Assembly: GCA_002269645.1 (NCBI GenBank)
Contig: NIVC01004242.1
Span: 1-53,517, forward strand
DNA length: 53,517 nucleotides
Origin: Macrostomum lignano
Lineage: Eukaryota
Reading direction: 5' to 3'
Part shown: piece after piece, positions 31,329 through 45,995 of the stretch
Numbering within the stretch: position 1 is the stretch's first letter
How the letters are laid out: the number at the start of each line of letters is the position of its first letter
Program-made: the position numbers and the translations under genes
The notes under the pieces: generated by a model
The model's database searches: none
Told to the model about the DNA's origin: nothing
What the model saw: only the letters and a program-made list of their open reading frames with translations

Positions 31329-34300
31329 CTAAGACACTAAGACACTAAGACACTAAGACACTAAGACACTAAGACACTAAGACAGACACTCACACAGGAC
31401 AGACAGTCTGACGGACACTAAGACAAATTCGACTATCAAACACTTGCACCCACCTTCTCCAGTACAGGTGCACAGCCTGTGTGAACAACAATTTTGCAGA
31501 TGGCGCATTTCTTTTTGCTTCCGATCTTCTGAAAGGGTTTTAATTTATTAATTTATTTAAGAGACATACGACACTATAAGCGAATATGCACAGAAGTGGG
31601 CCATATAAAGGCCTGACTGCAACCGCAGGACTTACGCAGCATTCCGAATCCCCAACATAGCACGGGTCGCCTCCGGAGCCCCTGTCCAGCCAAACGTGCT
31701 CGCCCTGAGAGGCCCCGGGCTGGAAGGCGGTGAAATGAAAAATTACGGCTCAAAGCACGCACTGATGCCGCAGATTGAGAAGGTGATAAAGTTCAAGGGC
31801 CAGTTGCATTTTTCTTCTAGCGAAAAGATAAGAGCTTCTCTGCACGGTGCTGCACACTTTCCCCTCAATTACTTAAAGAAACTCAATTCTTATCACGCAA
31901 GACTGCTTTGGCTTAAAAATTACTTTGACAGAGGCACTGCTTTAGAAGACAGGCCCGAGCACAAGAAACGCTTGAACCTTTTTAGCCAGCATTCAGCCAG
32001 TCATGTCGACCTTCGAAGGCAAGTGGCAGATGACGAGCTCGGAGAATTTCGATGCCTACATGAAAGCCCTGGGCACCAGCTTCCTGGTGCGCAAGGCGGC
32101 TGCGGCCGCAACTCCGGTGCAGGACATTCGTTGTCATGGCAACGGTCGTTACACCATAGTGACAATCACCAGCATCAAGACAATCGAGCTGAATTTCACT
32201 CTGGACGAAGAGTTCGACGAGACCACCGCGGACGGGCGTCAGGCAAAGTCTGTGGTCACCATGGCGACCCCCGGCAAGCTGGTGCACCAGCAGCGAGGTC
32301 AACCGGAGGTCATCATTACCCGACAGCTGGAGCCAGACGGTCAGGGCTTCGTCATGACGCTGGAGTGCAAAGGAGTGACCTGCGTCCGGCGGTACAAGAG
32401 GATGTAGACTCTAAATGCACTGTTCTGATTGGGATAACTATCGCAATAACAATGTCGAACTCACTGCGAAATAAACCAATTTTTGAGAGCTGACAAACTG
32501 TGCCTCAACTACCAACTTGACAAATGGATCTACCATTGCTAGAAAAGCCCTGTTTCGATATCTATTTAATATCTATTTTGATTTCACAGCTTATTTAAGA
32601 TGCAAGGCACCTGATTTGCTACATGGTATTTGAGAGACTCGAGCTACATATTTAAAGAGGCGCTCGACCACTCACGCTCCAGTCCATCGATGACTTCCAG
32701 TCCCTTCGGTCGGCGTCCCAAACTCCGTCACCGGCGCTGAGCTCGCCTGTCAGCGATTGCCGGCTCCGCCGCTGCCGCCGTCGCCTCTGCTGCTGCTGAT
32801 CCTGACGCCGACACCTCAAGGCTGAGGTGGCAGACTCAGAGGCGGCAGACGCCAGTGCAAAGGCCCGCCTAGCAGCATCGGCACCATGAGAGAAAGTTCA
32901 ATTTAGAAAGCTTGAATATCGTTCAGCAATATTGCAGCTCATGCTTTTCTCGTAGCTTATATAATTAATAATAATTGATTACATCTGCCCCAATTGGGCC
33001 AGGTGTGCAACCGACATCTCAGCCGCAGCTATTGCGCGGCGCATCTGAAGGCTGCATACGGCTGTTCAGTCCAAGGACTGGGGGGTCGCCACACACCCTC
33101 AATTACCCCAGCTAATGCTGGCACCCACTTTACACCTGGGTGAACTGAAGCAATGCAGAGTTAAGGGTTTGCTCAAGGACACAAATTGTTCCCGTGGGAT
33201 CGCGAATCGAACCCCCGACCTTTCAGTCGTGAGAGTCCGACGCTCTAACCACTAGGCTACAGCCCCTACTACTAACTAATAGTGCCTGAAATAGTGTATA
33301 GTATTCGCTGAAAAAGCAAATAAAAAAGCACAAACACAAAACACAAAAAGGAAACCAGTTGTTCTCGTAGCATTTTTGTCAGTGCTCAGATATGGAAAGT
33401 TTCTCTGAAGATGGACGGATTGAAAACGAAGCAACTCAAGCTGAAAACTCCAACTGTCCTGAGCCGGCATGCAGCTAAGACGCTGAAACACTTGGAAATG
33501 CTCAGGCTGAGGATGCGAGCCACTGATTGAAGGGGGCGGGTAGCGACCGGAGCATCCACTAAATGAATCGCAGTTGCTCAGCCAACAGACTCGCTAATCC
33601 GCGAGGCTAAATCTGCTTCAGCCTCCGAATGGCACCGTTGGGAGTTCGGAGTGGAGGGGGCGCTGAGGGTGAACGGAATGCGTTTTCGCAAGCTCCGCCC
33701 CCATCGACTCTGGGCGGGATTTGCATTGCCAGCACGGGATTAGACATTTGCATATAGACACTGGGAAGAATGCCGAGAGCCGGTTGATGCCTAGATGAAG
33801 ATGAAGAAGCTGGATGAGGATTACAAGTTGAGCTGGCTGCGAACGCCTGGTTGGCTCGTCAAAGGCGTGAGAATTCACTCAATTTCTATTGTGGGTAAGT
33901 CAAAACAGATAATAACAGCTGAATCACCGGCAGCTCACTAGCTAAGCATGCTCATAAATATGCACTGCAGTTAGAGATTAGCAAGTGGCTCATAGACGTT
34001 GTGCTCACTAAGTGCATACAATACGTGCAATCTAAGATCGAAGGCCAGTCAGGTAATTTAATGATAAATAAAACGTACACAGCGAGTAACAACGAGATAC
34101 ACGAAAACAGTAAAGTCTCCTGCAGTCTTACATAAACTGTACCAGCCTGAAATGCATGGGGTTCGGGTAACAAGCAGTGCTGAGATCAAGTCAAGCAGCA
34201 AATCCAAGCGCGGAACCAGCCCGCCCGCTCTACTCTTCTACTCTCCCTCTTAATTTTTGGCCTTTCCGTCATTTGTAAGAAGCTGCAAGCGATGTGGACG

Positions 34301-35684
34301 GAGGCCGAGCAGAGCTCATCAACGTCCGGCACTCGCTTTTAAAAGTCACGCGATGAAGAATTAGTGTAACCCTGCTGCTACCTCAGCTCCCTTCCACTCT
34401 CTCTTTCAGCCTCTCTAAATTGCTTTCTTCATCAAATGACGGACAGGCGAGTGCGTGCAGGATAAGCTCTCTGCAATTTCCCCCTTGTGTGCATTCTCCC
34501 AACTTCCCTCTTCATCTATGGCTTGGAGAAGCTGGCAGCTACCGGCTAAGGCAGGAGCAGAGGGTTGAAACAACTGGTTTATACAACAAACTCCTAAAAG
34601 CAAAGCTCATGCCCTGCCCATCCACAACTGCGGGCCTTGGAATTGCAACCTTTGGCTGCAAACCCTGTAATTCAAGGCCGGCATTAATTTCCAACTGAAC
34701 TGCTATGGACAACCAAAGGCATGGCAAGGGACAGCTGGAACAGAGTGCACTCGCTACTCACGCAGTGGCCTTGTTTATTCCCGGGTCCTGAGGCGGCGAC
34801 GTGGCCCAGGCGGAGTCCCTGCGGTGTCGAACTCGCGACCAGAACGACACGTCGAACGATGTCGCTCGAGGCTTGGGCGCCGGCACGGTCAATCGAATCG
34901 GCTGGGGCTCGAGCTCGAGACCGTTGGCGCTCTGTGTGCTGGCCTTCCTGCGGCACCAGGCGGCGTCCATGGAGCTAGAGCGGTTCTTCGCCGGGCCCAG
35001 AAACGGCTCGGTCGGCACCTGCAGCAGGTTGCTATTCGCCGAGCAGCTGGCGGCAGCAGCGGCAGGATGAACACCTGCTTGAGACGGTAGCTGGAGTAGA
35101 TTCCCGCCGCCGGAACTGCCTGCAGCGCCTGCGCTCGGCTGCTGATCGCCGTTTTCGGAGTCGTTCGAATCAGAGTCCGTTCCAGCCGCCTCTGCGCCTC
35201 GGCCCTCCAGCTCCTCAAGGTAGGCACAATGGACGCAGATTCTTGGAATCTCCAGCGAGCGGCCGCGCTTCCTGTGCAGGCTGGGAATGGCCAGCTTGCG
35301 GAAAAAGCGGCCAGACCCGCTGCCGCCACCGCTGGCACCCCCACCGCCGCTACCGCCGACATTGCCGCCGCTATCTCTCTCGTTGTCGTCAGGAGAACTG
35401 GGCGGTTGCAGCTCGTCCTGGCAGCAGCCGGTGACGTCATAGCTATTTGACCGGTGCTTGCTGCGGCAGTACGGATTGTCCAAGCTGAAGTCGGCCATGA
35501 CTTCCTCTTCGCCATCGGAGTCGGCAATGTGCTCAACTACAATCGGAATGGGGCCCATTGTGAGCCGGCTTGTGATGCGAGAGTCCCGCGCTGGCGGCGG
35601 AGAATCGGCCGGCATTGATGCGTTCTCAACTGACTCTCCGCCCGGACTGCCCGCCGGCTTTGGCTTTCCCTTTCCCACCGGCAT
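20213..35684 (-). CDS. dgk: Diacylglycerol kinase, type IV (DGKzeta/DGKiota/rdgA-like); 18 exons
   Basis: Hand-spliced exons (minus): 35684-34762, 32868-32676, 31719-31636, 31528-31454, 30341-30261, 30164-30099, 28914-28298, 28015-27852, 27763-27708, 27582-27520, 26935-26750, 26228-26142, 24987-24875, 23548-23524, 23458-23365, 23283-23204, 21180-21117, 20337-20242 (or read-through to TAG at 20213). All introns are GT-AG with consistent phases. C1a: [23 protein letters not shown]1b: [23 protein letters not shown]. Catalytic: [30 protein letters not shown]. Accessory: [32 protein letters not shown]. The 3' end is uncertain. Confidence 0.93.
20407..21075. repeat. 23-bp minisatellite (TGGTGATGATTGATGTTTGTGAA)n in a DGK intron
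   Basis: Direct reading. Confidence 0.93.
21262..23195. repeat. 21/22-bp minisatellite (GTAGCTAACGGGCAGTTTAGGA)n filling a DGK intron
   Basis: Direct reading; ends ~8 bp from the splice donor at 23203. Confidence 0.97.
23755..24825. repeat. (GCCTCTCT)n 8-bp/6-bp satellite in a DGK intron
   Basis: Direct reading; explains the REAERQRG and LPLCLSAS ORFs. Confidence 0.97.
24875..26935 (-). CDS. dgk: DGK accessory-domain exons 26935-26750, 26228-26142, 24987-24875
   Basis: [35 protein letters not shown] / [20 protein letters not shown] / [20 protein letters not shown]. Confidence 0.92.
26414..26715. repeat. Interstitial telomere-like array: CCCTAA hexamers interspersed with CTCTGG/CTCTAA/CCCTGA variants
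   Basis: Direct reading; TTAGGG lies on the minus strand. Confidence 0.9.
27081..27381 (+). mobile_element. tRNA-derived CORE-type SINE, copy 2 (full length, ~300 bp)
   Basis: A box TAGCCTAGTGG, B box GGTTCGATTCC, CORE-like domain, 3' hairpin ACATCTGGCCC-AAT-GGGGGCAGATGT, AT-rich tail. Lies in a DGK intron. Confidence 0.9.
27520..28015 (-). CDS. dgk: DGK accessory-domain exons 28015-27852, 27763-27708, 27582-27520
   Basis: [23 protein letters not shown] / [19 protein letters not shown] / [21 protein letters not shown]. Confidence 0.92.
28047..28292. repeat. (AACC)n/(AATC)n microsatellite occupying almost all of DGK intron 28016-28297
   Basis: Direct reading. Confidence 0.98.
28298..28914 (-). 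CDS. dgk: DGK exon: end of C1b and catalytic (DAGKc) domain
   Basis: ORF 28294-28872; NPKSGG, GGDGT and GTGNDL motifs. Confidence 0.97.
30099..30341 (-). CDS. dgk: DGK exons 30341-30261 ([10 protein letters not shown]) and 30164-30099 ([19 protein letters not shown])
   Basis: C1a/C1b linker and start of C1b; canonical splice sites. Confidence 0.9.
31137..31385. repeat. (ACAG)n microsatellite followed by (ACACTAAG)n
   Basis: Direct reading. Confidence 0.95.
31454..31719 (-). CDS. dgk: DGK C1a exons (31719-31636 and 31528-31454)
   Basis: Encode [23 protein letters not shown] and [25 protein letters not shown]; canonical GT-AG. Confidence 0.9.
32003..32407 (+). CDS. fabp: Intracellular fatty-acid-binding protein (FABP/iLBP family), 134 aa, intronless, nested in a DGK intron
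   Basis: Complete ORF: F.GKW....SENFD.YMKALG.....RK, F.L.EEFDE.TADGR..KS, and C-terminal C.R.Y.R. AATAAA at 32470-32475. Confidence 0.95.
   Translation: MSTFEGKWQMTSSENFDAYMKALGTSFLVRKAAAAATPVQDIRCHGNGRYTIVTITSIKTIELNFTLDEEFDETTADGRQAKSVVTMATPGKLVHQQRGQPEVIITRQLEPDGQGFVMTLECKGVTCVRRYKRM
32676..32868 (-). CDS. dgk: DGK exon ending ...MDWS
   Basis: Acceptor GCTAG|G, donor AGC|GTGAGT; the DWS..GEH.W junction matches type IV DGK upstream of C1a. Confidence 0.8.
32962..33266 (-). mobile_element. tRNA-derived CORE-type SINE, copy 3 (full length)
   Basis: Reverse complement of copy 2 with a (TAT)-like tail; lies in DGK intron 1. Confidence 0.9.
34762..35684 (-). CDS. dgk: DGK large N-terminal exon (low complexity, [14 protein letters not shown])
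   Basis: First ATG of ORF 34758-35810 is at 35684; it ends in GC|GTGAGT (phase 2), compatible with the acceptor at 32868. The link to DGK rests on phase, strand and position rather than strong homology. Confidence 0.65.
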
Positions 35685-37120
35685 GCTTCGGGGATAAAGG
35701 GGAAAATGAGACCGAATCTCGCAAATTCTTCCCTTTCTGCTGCTGAAGCAGAATTCTGGAGTTCTAGAAGACTTCGTTGACCCTTTTATACTGGATGATA
35801 TCGGAGGCAATTCATCGCGCTGATCTTCTCCTTACCCCTCGACGGCCCCTTCAATCTCTCCCTCTTCTTGCCTTCTCAGGAGCCACATCCTCATGGATCC
35901 CTGTGAGGAATGAATGGGCCGGGCCGGGGATGGGAATGAGGCATAGGGGGACGCTGGGTGACTGGCTGCGGGCCTTAGCCACCAATTGACGAAGCAGAGT
36001 GAGAGGGAGAATGCAAGACCGTGTGCGCACGGATGAAAATCGAGGTTGCAAGCGATGGGGGATTGGGAAGGAGAAGACGGGAAAGCTGCCCTACCTATTC
36101 AGTCCTCAGAGAAAGATAGACCCGGGGTGGGACCATCATTGAGGTTTAGAAAGGGGGGAATAACACTAACAAGGAGTCCCGAGGCCCTCTCCACCCTCTC
36201 TCTCTCTCTCTCTCTCTCTCATTCCTGCGCTGCACCTTCGATTTGCCCCACTTTGCCCGGCGGGATTTGGCCCCCAGTGCGCATTCCAATTGCGTGGGTG
36301 TGAGTCATTACAGTGGCTGCGCAGTCCACGCCCCACCACCCCAAGGCATCTATACCCAGTCACCCGGATCGGCTTCCCAAATCCAAATCTCTCACGCCTT
36401 TTCTCGCGCAGTGATGAGCCTCTTGGGAACGGGGAGTGGGATCGAGATTCAACTAAAGGAGTCGCTGAACTTGGCAATAGAAGGCTAATTTACCGCTAAA
36501 AAAATAAACCGCTGAGCTAGCTTGATTTGTCAGGACGATCAACTAATTAACCTGCGAGATACTTTCAATAAAACGCAAGTGCTGCTCAGAGTCTCAAAGG
36601 GATCAAGCTCTTGAGCTTGTGTAGCAATGAAGCTGGGTGCTAACTTGATTTTCAAAATCTTGCGTAGCCATATTACTCAGGGACTTAGGGTTGATTTCCA
36701 ACAATTCTTGATATTGGTCTGACCGACTGACTGCATGGCCGGTTAAAATCAATACTTACGGAGAGCTGAACGTTCAAATAAATTTGACTGATGATGTAGA
36801 ATTGACTGGAAACTAATTTAACTAATGGGGGCTAACTGAAATGATGTCGCATTCCAAAGCGGGATTTCACCAGACTAGATTTGCTTGCAGACTTTGCTGC
36901 CCGAGTAGGCAAAAATTTATTATTTCTACCTTAGATTGCTTCAGCTGGCGAATCTTCCCCATTTTTGACGTTTGCCAATGAAGACCTCTGGACGGCACGT
37001 GATCTCACCGACATCATCGGTTAGTTGGACGCATCGATCGTGCTCAGCGTTTTTAGAAGTGTTACGAGCTAACCAAGCTCAACATGGTTAGACACACTAA
37101 AATGTCTACGTAGATGCATC

Positions 37121-38800
37121 GATCGAGCTCAAGATGACCAGACGTACTGATCGAGCTTAAGGTGACCAGATAATCCGATCGAGCTCAAGATGACTAGACG
37201 CACTGATATCGAGCTCAAGATGACTAGACGCACTGATATCGAGCTCAATATGACTAGACATACTGATATCGAGCTCAATATGACTAGACGCACTGATATC
37301 GAGCTCAAGATGACTAGACGCACTGATATCGAGCTCAATATGACTAGACATACTGATATCGAGCTCAATATGACTAGACGCACTGATATCGAGCTCAAGA
37401 TGACTAGACGCACTGATATCGAGCTCAATATGACTAGACATACTGATATCGAGCTCAATATGACTAGACATACTGATATCGAGCTCAATATGACTAGACG
37501 CACTGATATCGAGCTCAAGATGACTAGACGCACTGATATCGAGCTCAATATGACTAGACATACTGATATCGAGCTCAATATGACTAGACATACTGATATC
37601 GAGCTCAATATGACTAGACGCACTGATATCGAGCTCAAGATGACTAGACATACTGATATCGAGCTCAAGATGACTAGACATACTGATATCGAGCTCAATA
37701 TGACTAGACGCACTGATATCGAGCTCAAGATGACTAGACATACTGATATCGAGCTCAAGATGACTAGACATACTGATATCGAGCTCAAGATGACTAGACA
37801 TACTGATATCGAGCTCAAGATGACTAGACATACTGATATCGAGCTCAATATGACTAGACATACTGATATCGAGCTCAATATGACTAGACGCACTGATATC
37901 GAACTCAAGATGACTAGACATACTGATATCGAGCTCAAGATGACTAGACATACTGATATCGAGCTCAAGATGACTAGACATACTGATATCGAGCTCAAGA
38001 TGACTAGACATACTGATATCGAGCTCAATATGACTAGACATACTGATATCGAGCTCAAGATGACTAGACATACTGATATCGAGCTCAAGATGACTAGACA
38101 TACTGATATCGAGCTCAATATGACTAGACATACTGATATCGAGCTCAAGATGACTAGACATACTGATATCGAGCTCAATATGACTAGACATACTGATATC
38201 GAGCTCAAGATGACCAGACGTACTGATCGAGCTTAAGGTGACTAGATAATCCGATCGAGCTCAAGATGACCAGACGTACTGATCGAGCTTAAGGTAACCA
38301 GATAATCCGATCGAGCTCAAGATGACTAGACGCACTGATATCGAGCTCAATATGACTAGACATACTGATATCGAGCTCAAGATGACTAGACATACTGATA
38401 TCGAGCTCAAGATGACTAGACGCACTGATATCGAGCTCAAGATGACTAGACATACTGATATCGAGCTCAAGATGACTAGACGCACTGATATCGAGCTCAA
38501 GATGACTAGACATACTGATATCGAGCTCAAGATGACTAGACATACTGATATCGAGCTCAAGATGACTAGACATACTGATATCGAGCTCAAGATGACTAGA
38601 CATACTGATATCGAGCTCAAGATGACTAGACATACTGATATCGAGCTCAAGATGACTAGACATACTGATATCGAGCTCAAGATGACTACACGCACTGATA
38701 TCGAACTCAAGATGACCAGACGTACTGATATCAAACTCAAGATGACTAGACGTACTGATATCGAGCTCAAGATGACCAGACGTACTGATATCGAGCTCAT
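37121..38800. repeat. 30-bp minisatellite (TACTGATATCGAGCTCAAGATGACTAGACA)n with recurring 56-bp variant block
   Basis: Direct reading; the variant block occurs at ~37125-37180 and twice at ~38201-38312. Confidence 0.97.
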
Positions 38801-39392
38801 GATAAGATGCACGGAAATCACTACACAACGTCGACCTTCCTAAAATAATCAAAACTCGATAGACTGATAACTAAACAATGATTCGACTGTCCAGGCACAC
38901 TTAGGTGTACTACTAAGGCCCGCATTTGTAAGGCAGGCCAATTCTAATGCAATCCCAAGCCTTTTAACAATATCCTGGTTGAGCAGGAAGCCGCGCTCAC
39001 TTTCTTTATGAGGGGCACTTAAAAATCTGCTTGAAAATTACAGACCAGCTCTTCTCTCTAGTCTCTTCCGCCTCGGTCTAATTGTCTTCTTCTGGCGCTT
39101 TGGTCCCGACCCTTTTCCTCCGTACACTTCAGCAGATTGGTGAAATCCACCGAACGAGAGCAGAGTAGGCCGGAGTAAGAGGATCCTCTCTGTTGTCCGG
39201 CCCCCTCAATCAATTGGGGCTGCAGCGATTGCCTTTCTATTTGAGAGCAATTTCTCATAGATGCAACTCGCAGAAGCCTTACTAGGCGGCACAAACGAAC
39301 CGCACATTGAAGTGGAAGAGAAGCAGAGACTCGCGATCTCATTTTCCCTGACCGGCTCTCTCATCAATCGCATCCGGGATGGCGAATTCGCA

Positions 39393-39535
<143 letters not shown>

Positions 39536-39949
39536 ACAGTCGGCCTCCTGGAAGCAGGTAAAACCTGAAGCCATGCACGACAACTCGGGATGGCCAGCTG
39601 CCTGAGTAAAGGCTGGGTTACCCCAGACTGGACTACTGAATCCCCCGCAGGTGGAGTGTCTGTTCAGATGGTTTGAGGTCTGTTGCATTGCACTAGTTCG
39701 ATAATACCAAGTCTTATACCCTTGTGATCAATAAATTATTGAGAAAAAAGACACTAGGAGGGTTTATTAATCTTGCAAGTTGGATTAATGAATCTCTTAA
39801 TTATTGATAATCAAATAGATTTATTGCAGAATCCAAGTTAATGAAAAATTCCTAAAAGAAAATAGAAGTATAAAAAAATAGCTGAAACGTAAGATGAGCA
39901 AGTGTTGCTTTTTAGAGACCTCTGGCACACCCTAACAATTTCCTAATTT

Positions 39950-39959
39950 CCAAATATGG
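39950..39959. promoter_or_regulatory. CArG box candidate (CCAAATATGG)
   Basis: Perfect CC(A/T)6GG. Motif match only. Confidence 0.4.
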
Positions 39960-40770
39960 CAAGTTTGAAGGTGTTGATGCAGGAAAGGTTTGGTGCACTC
40001 TACATTGAGACAGTTGCAGGACTGACTGAGCTCTTGCACATGGCAGCCGATCGCGGAGCCCTCCTCACCCATCAGGTGCGATTGGATGAACTGGAGTGGA
40101 TTGGGCAGAAGGCTCTAGATTAATCACCTGGCCCACTGAATAGCCGCTGATATGCCACTGTGCCGTTCTGCCTGCTCGCAACTGACGCAGGTCGAAGCTG
40201 GTCGATCAGGAAATCTGTATGCCAATTCAACAGGAATAAATTGCCCAACACTATATTTAGAGTGAAAAACTAGACTTTATACTACTGGCTAAGTAGCTGA
40301 GAAATGCTCCTTTCATGACTACAGGTGACTCGCCTTACTCATTTAAAGTGACATTGGTATTTAAATTAACCAAAATGCATTTCCAATATTTATCATATAA
40401 CGTCACAAAATTTAACTATTTTTCAATTCTCAAGGTCAGTTTACTGGAAATGTTTCAACGATGCTACTGGCGTTAAAACTTTCAGTAGTAAGATATGTTC
40501 ATAAGTTCATTATTAGTTCAAAAATTCAATAACAAAAAAGACAAAAAATTAACAAAAGTTTACTAAGTATTAAGGCATGGCAGCCAGACGAACAACTTTA
40601 AGTTGCGTGGGCAGGATGTCAAATCCTGCTTTGCGCTTAGCCAAAATTATCATATCTGCAACAATTAGATTCCGGCGATAAAGCCATTGGCAGATCCACT
40701 CCGCACAGCTGAGGGCTTATCAATCTTTTCTCTATCAATTCTGTGCGCTCGCTTTTGGCATAAAGCTGTG

Positions 40771-40780
40771 CCTAATATGG
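40771..40780. promoter_or_regulatory. CArG box candidate (CCTAATATGG)
   Basis: Perfect CC(A/T)6GG, identical to the proximal one. Motif match only. Confidence 0.4.
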
Positions 40781-41027
40781 CTTTGACTGCGACAATTAAC
40801 TAAACTTTCTGTTGGCGTGTTGGGTGTATAACTTGGCTGAATGAAGTTGGTGGACTTGTAAGTTGTAATAAAAGTTGGTCAATGTAATTTGTATTTTGCT
40901 AAGTCTCAAGGTATTGGCACTGCCTATTATTTTGGATTCTTTGCAGCTACGGTACTACGGTACAAATTATTTCAATTAGGCACCAACTGATTTCATACTG
41001 CCAATACCCAGCAGTATGGCGCCTTTG

Positions 41028-41835
41028 ACATGACACCCATTTGATGTCCCTGACAATCTGACATCCCATTTGGTGACATGACATCCTATATGGTGTCCCT
41101 GACATACCCATCTGGTGTCCCTGACATCCTATTTAGTGTCCCTGACATCCCATCTGGTATCCCTAACATCCCATTTGATGTCCCTAACATCCCATTTGAT
41201 GTCCCTGACATCCCATTTGTGTCCTGACATCCCATTTGGTGTCCCTGACATCCCATTGGGTGTCCTGGCATCCCACTTGGGGGTCCCTGACATCTCATTT
41301 GGTGTCCCTGACATCCCATTTTGGTGTTACTGACATCCCATTTTGGTGTCCCTGACATCCCATTTTGGTGTCCCTCACATCCTATTTTGGTGTTCCTCAC
41401 ATCCCATTTTGGCGCCCTCATATCCCATTTTGGTGTTCCTCACATCCCATTTGGTGTCCCTAAGATCCCATTTGGTGCCATGACATCTTATCTAGTGTCC
41501 CTGACATTCCGTCTGGTGTCCCTGACATCCTATTTGGTGCCATGACATCTTATCTAGTGTCCGTGACATTCCATCTGGTGTCCCTGACATCCCATCTGGT
41601 GTCCCTGACATCCCATTAGGTGCCCTGACATCCCATCTGGTGTCCCTGACATCCCACTTGGTGCCCTGGCATCTATTTGGTGCCCCTGACATCCCATTTG
41701 GTGTCCTGAGATCCCATCTAGAGTCCTGAAATCCCATTTGGTGCCATGACATGACTGGGTGTCCTAAGATCCCTTTTGGTGTCCTGTGATCCAATATGAT
41801 GTCCCTGACATCCCATTTCGGTGTCCCTGACACCC
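41028..41835. repeat. Degenerate ~21-bp minisatellite (CCATTTGGTGTCCCTGACATC)n
   Basis: Direct reading. Confidence 0.85.
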
Positions 41836-41995
41836 GGCTTAGCGCCAGCCAGCCAGTGCAAGAAGACAGCAAGACAGCATTATTGACATTAATTCGATGA
41901 ATAGATAAATTACAAAACCAGCATTTTCACCACCAATCCACTTTATTAACTAGCTTGCCCAGTTGCATGAAAACCATCGCTGGGAACGCATGCAG

Positions 41996-42112
<117 letters not shown>

Positions 42113-42627
42113 GGTTGAAAGGAATAGCGGGAAAATTGAGAGCAGGGAGCAGGAGAAGCAGAGTTGCAGAGGACAGGACAGCTTACACAGGCTGGTACAG
42201 GCCAGATCAATCTCATTCTGCACTCGTATCAAGCCTGTACTAGCTTTCCAGCCGGCATATCAGAAGACACCCAAGCGCCAGCACAGTGCAAGCAAAATGA
42301 CAGAGAGAAAGAGAGAAAGAGGGGGGTGAAGAGCAAGATAGAATACCAGAAGACAGAAAGTACACTCCGGGGAGAGAGCCAATACTTAGTGCACTCGCTC
42401 GGCTGACTGTACAAACGTACAGCTCTTTGAAACCCTCAATAATTTCGTCCCCCGGCTTCGTAACCCGCAGAGCTGCTTCAGTTGTTTGACGTAAGCCTCT
42501 GGCTATTTTTGGTCAGCCACTCCTCTCTCCTCCCTGTCTTCACACTGTTTCCCTGCCTTGCCTTTCTGTCACTCGGCCAGTTCTATCCAACATTGGTGGC
42601 GCTCTTACTGGCTGGCAAGCAAAACCT

Positions 42628-42637
42628 CCTAATATGG
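42628..42637. promoter_or_regulatory. CArG box / serum response element candidate (CCTAATATGG) upstream of egr
   Basis: Perfect CC(A/T)6GG ~320 bp upstream of the ATG, followed by a TATA-like CATAAAA at ~42654. A CRE-like TGACGTAA lies at 42487-42494. Motif match only. Confidence 0.55.
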
Positions 42638-42958
42638 AATTCAGATATTCATTCATAAAACCTTAAAGACACGCTCAAGCCGTGGCCTTTCTGCCTGTTA
42701 TAACTAAACCCGCGGTTTCAACTGAGACGTTGAAAATAAGCGCGAGAAAAAAGGCTACCTGGCTGCATCCTTCTTCGCCACTGTCAATATTAAAGGTTAC
42801 CGGCACAATTGTCCTCATATTCCACGGCTATTCAAGTCTGCCGTCTCTCCTCCCCTTCCGCTGTCAGGATCTGAGAGCTACAGCCGATACAAAAGCACAG
42901 TTTAACCACAACAGGAACCAAGCTGGCAACCTGGTTAGCAGCACTCACGCCTTTGGCG

Positions 42959-45050
<2,092 letters not shown>

Positions 45051-45995
45051 TTTTCAACTCAGTTCAAAACTCAAGCTGATATCCGTTGTTGACCATGTCT
45101 GTGTTTTAACCGTATCGTGCTGTATTCCTCCAAGTATGCGAGCGCCACTTTTTTACATGCTACCTTCTGCTCCTCATCTATGCGTTGGGTTCTGGACGTT
45201 TATCTGAGCGTATCATCCCGGCTATTGTTGGCCTGATATGAGCTATATTCTCATACTTTTTGCGGTATTACGGTATGTTTTTTAGCTTTAGAACTGCTTA
45301 TTATTGATTAAATAGTAAACAGAGATAAGCATAAATCTTTGAGTAACTGACATAATCGTAATTCATATGCACTGATTTATACATCATTATGCCTGGTAGA
45401 ATTGCACTCTGCTTGTGCAAACCAAATGCATGTATTATTTTATGTAAAACATTTTTTCTGAATTTTCATGGAAAAAATATAGTAAAAATTAAATCGATAT
45501 GAACATGAATTTCGACTTTGTTCAATGCGAGCAACTTTGGCTATTCAATCGTAGAATTATTAAAAGCACGACGGTCTTGCAAACTGCAGTGATTCATTCA
45601 ATAAAAAGGGACGAAGGTTGTAAGTGACGTCAGCAGCAATTAGAATATACCTTTGCTGCCCTTTGCACTATCCGGGAGCTGTGGGGTAGAAGTAAATCTG
45701 AAAGCTGGACACGGTTGTAGCTGGTATTATTGAAGGTGAATGAATGCATAAATTATGGACAGATATTCGCTAAGGTAGATATTAGCGGACACAGAATGCT
45801 ACTGGAAACACAGAAAGTATCCATAATATAGCTAATATTCCATTCTTTTACTTAACCAACTACTAGAAGTAGGGTTTACTCTAAACTATAACGATTTTAA
45901 AGACCATTTTGTCTCCATCCGACAGAACGGGACAATTGCGGAAGTCAATCAGTTCAGGCGGCTGCATCCGCTTCAGCCTACACGAGCGTCGGGCG

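Noticed and set aside
37129-38852. MTRHTDIELK-type repeat ORFs, and likewise ELTEIKADEP ORFs at 50523-52066
   Set aside because: 30-bp minisatellite units divisible by 3; open in multiple frames on both strands, with no unique domain.
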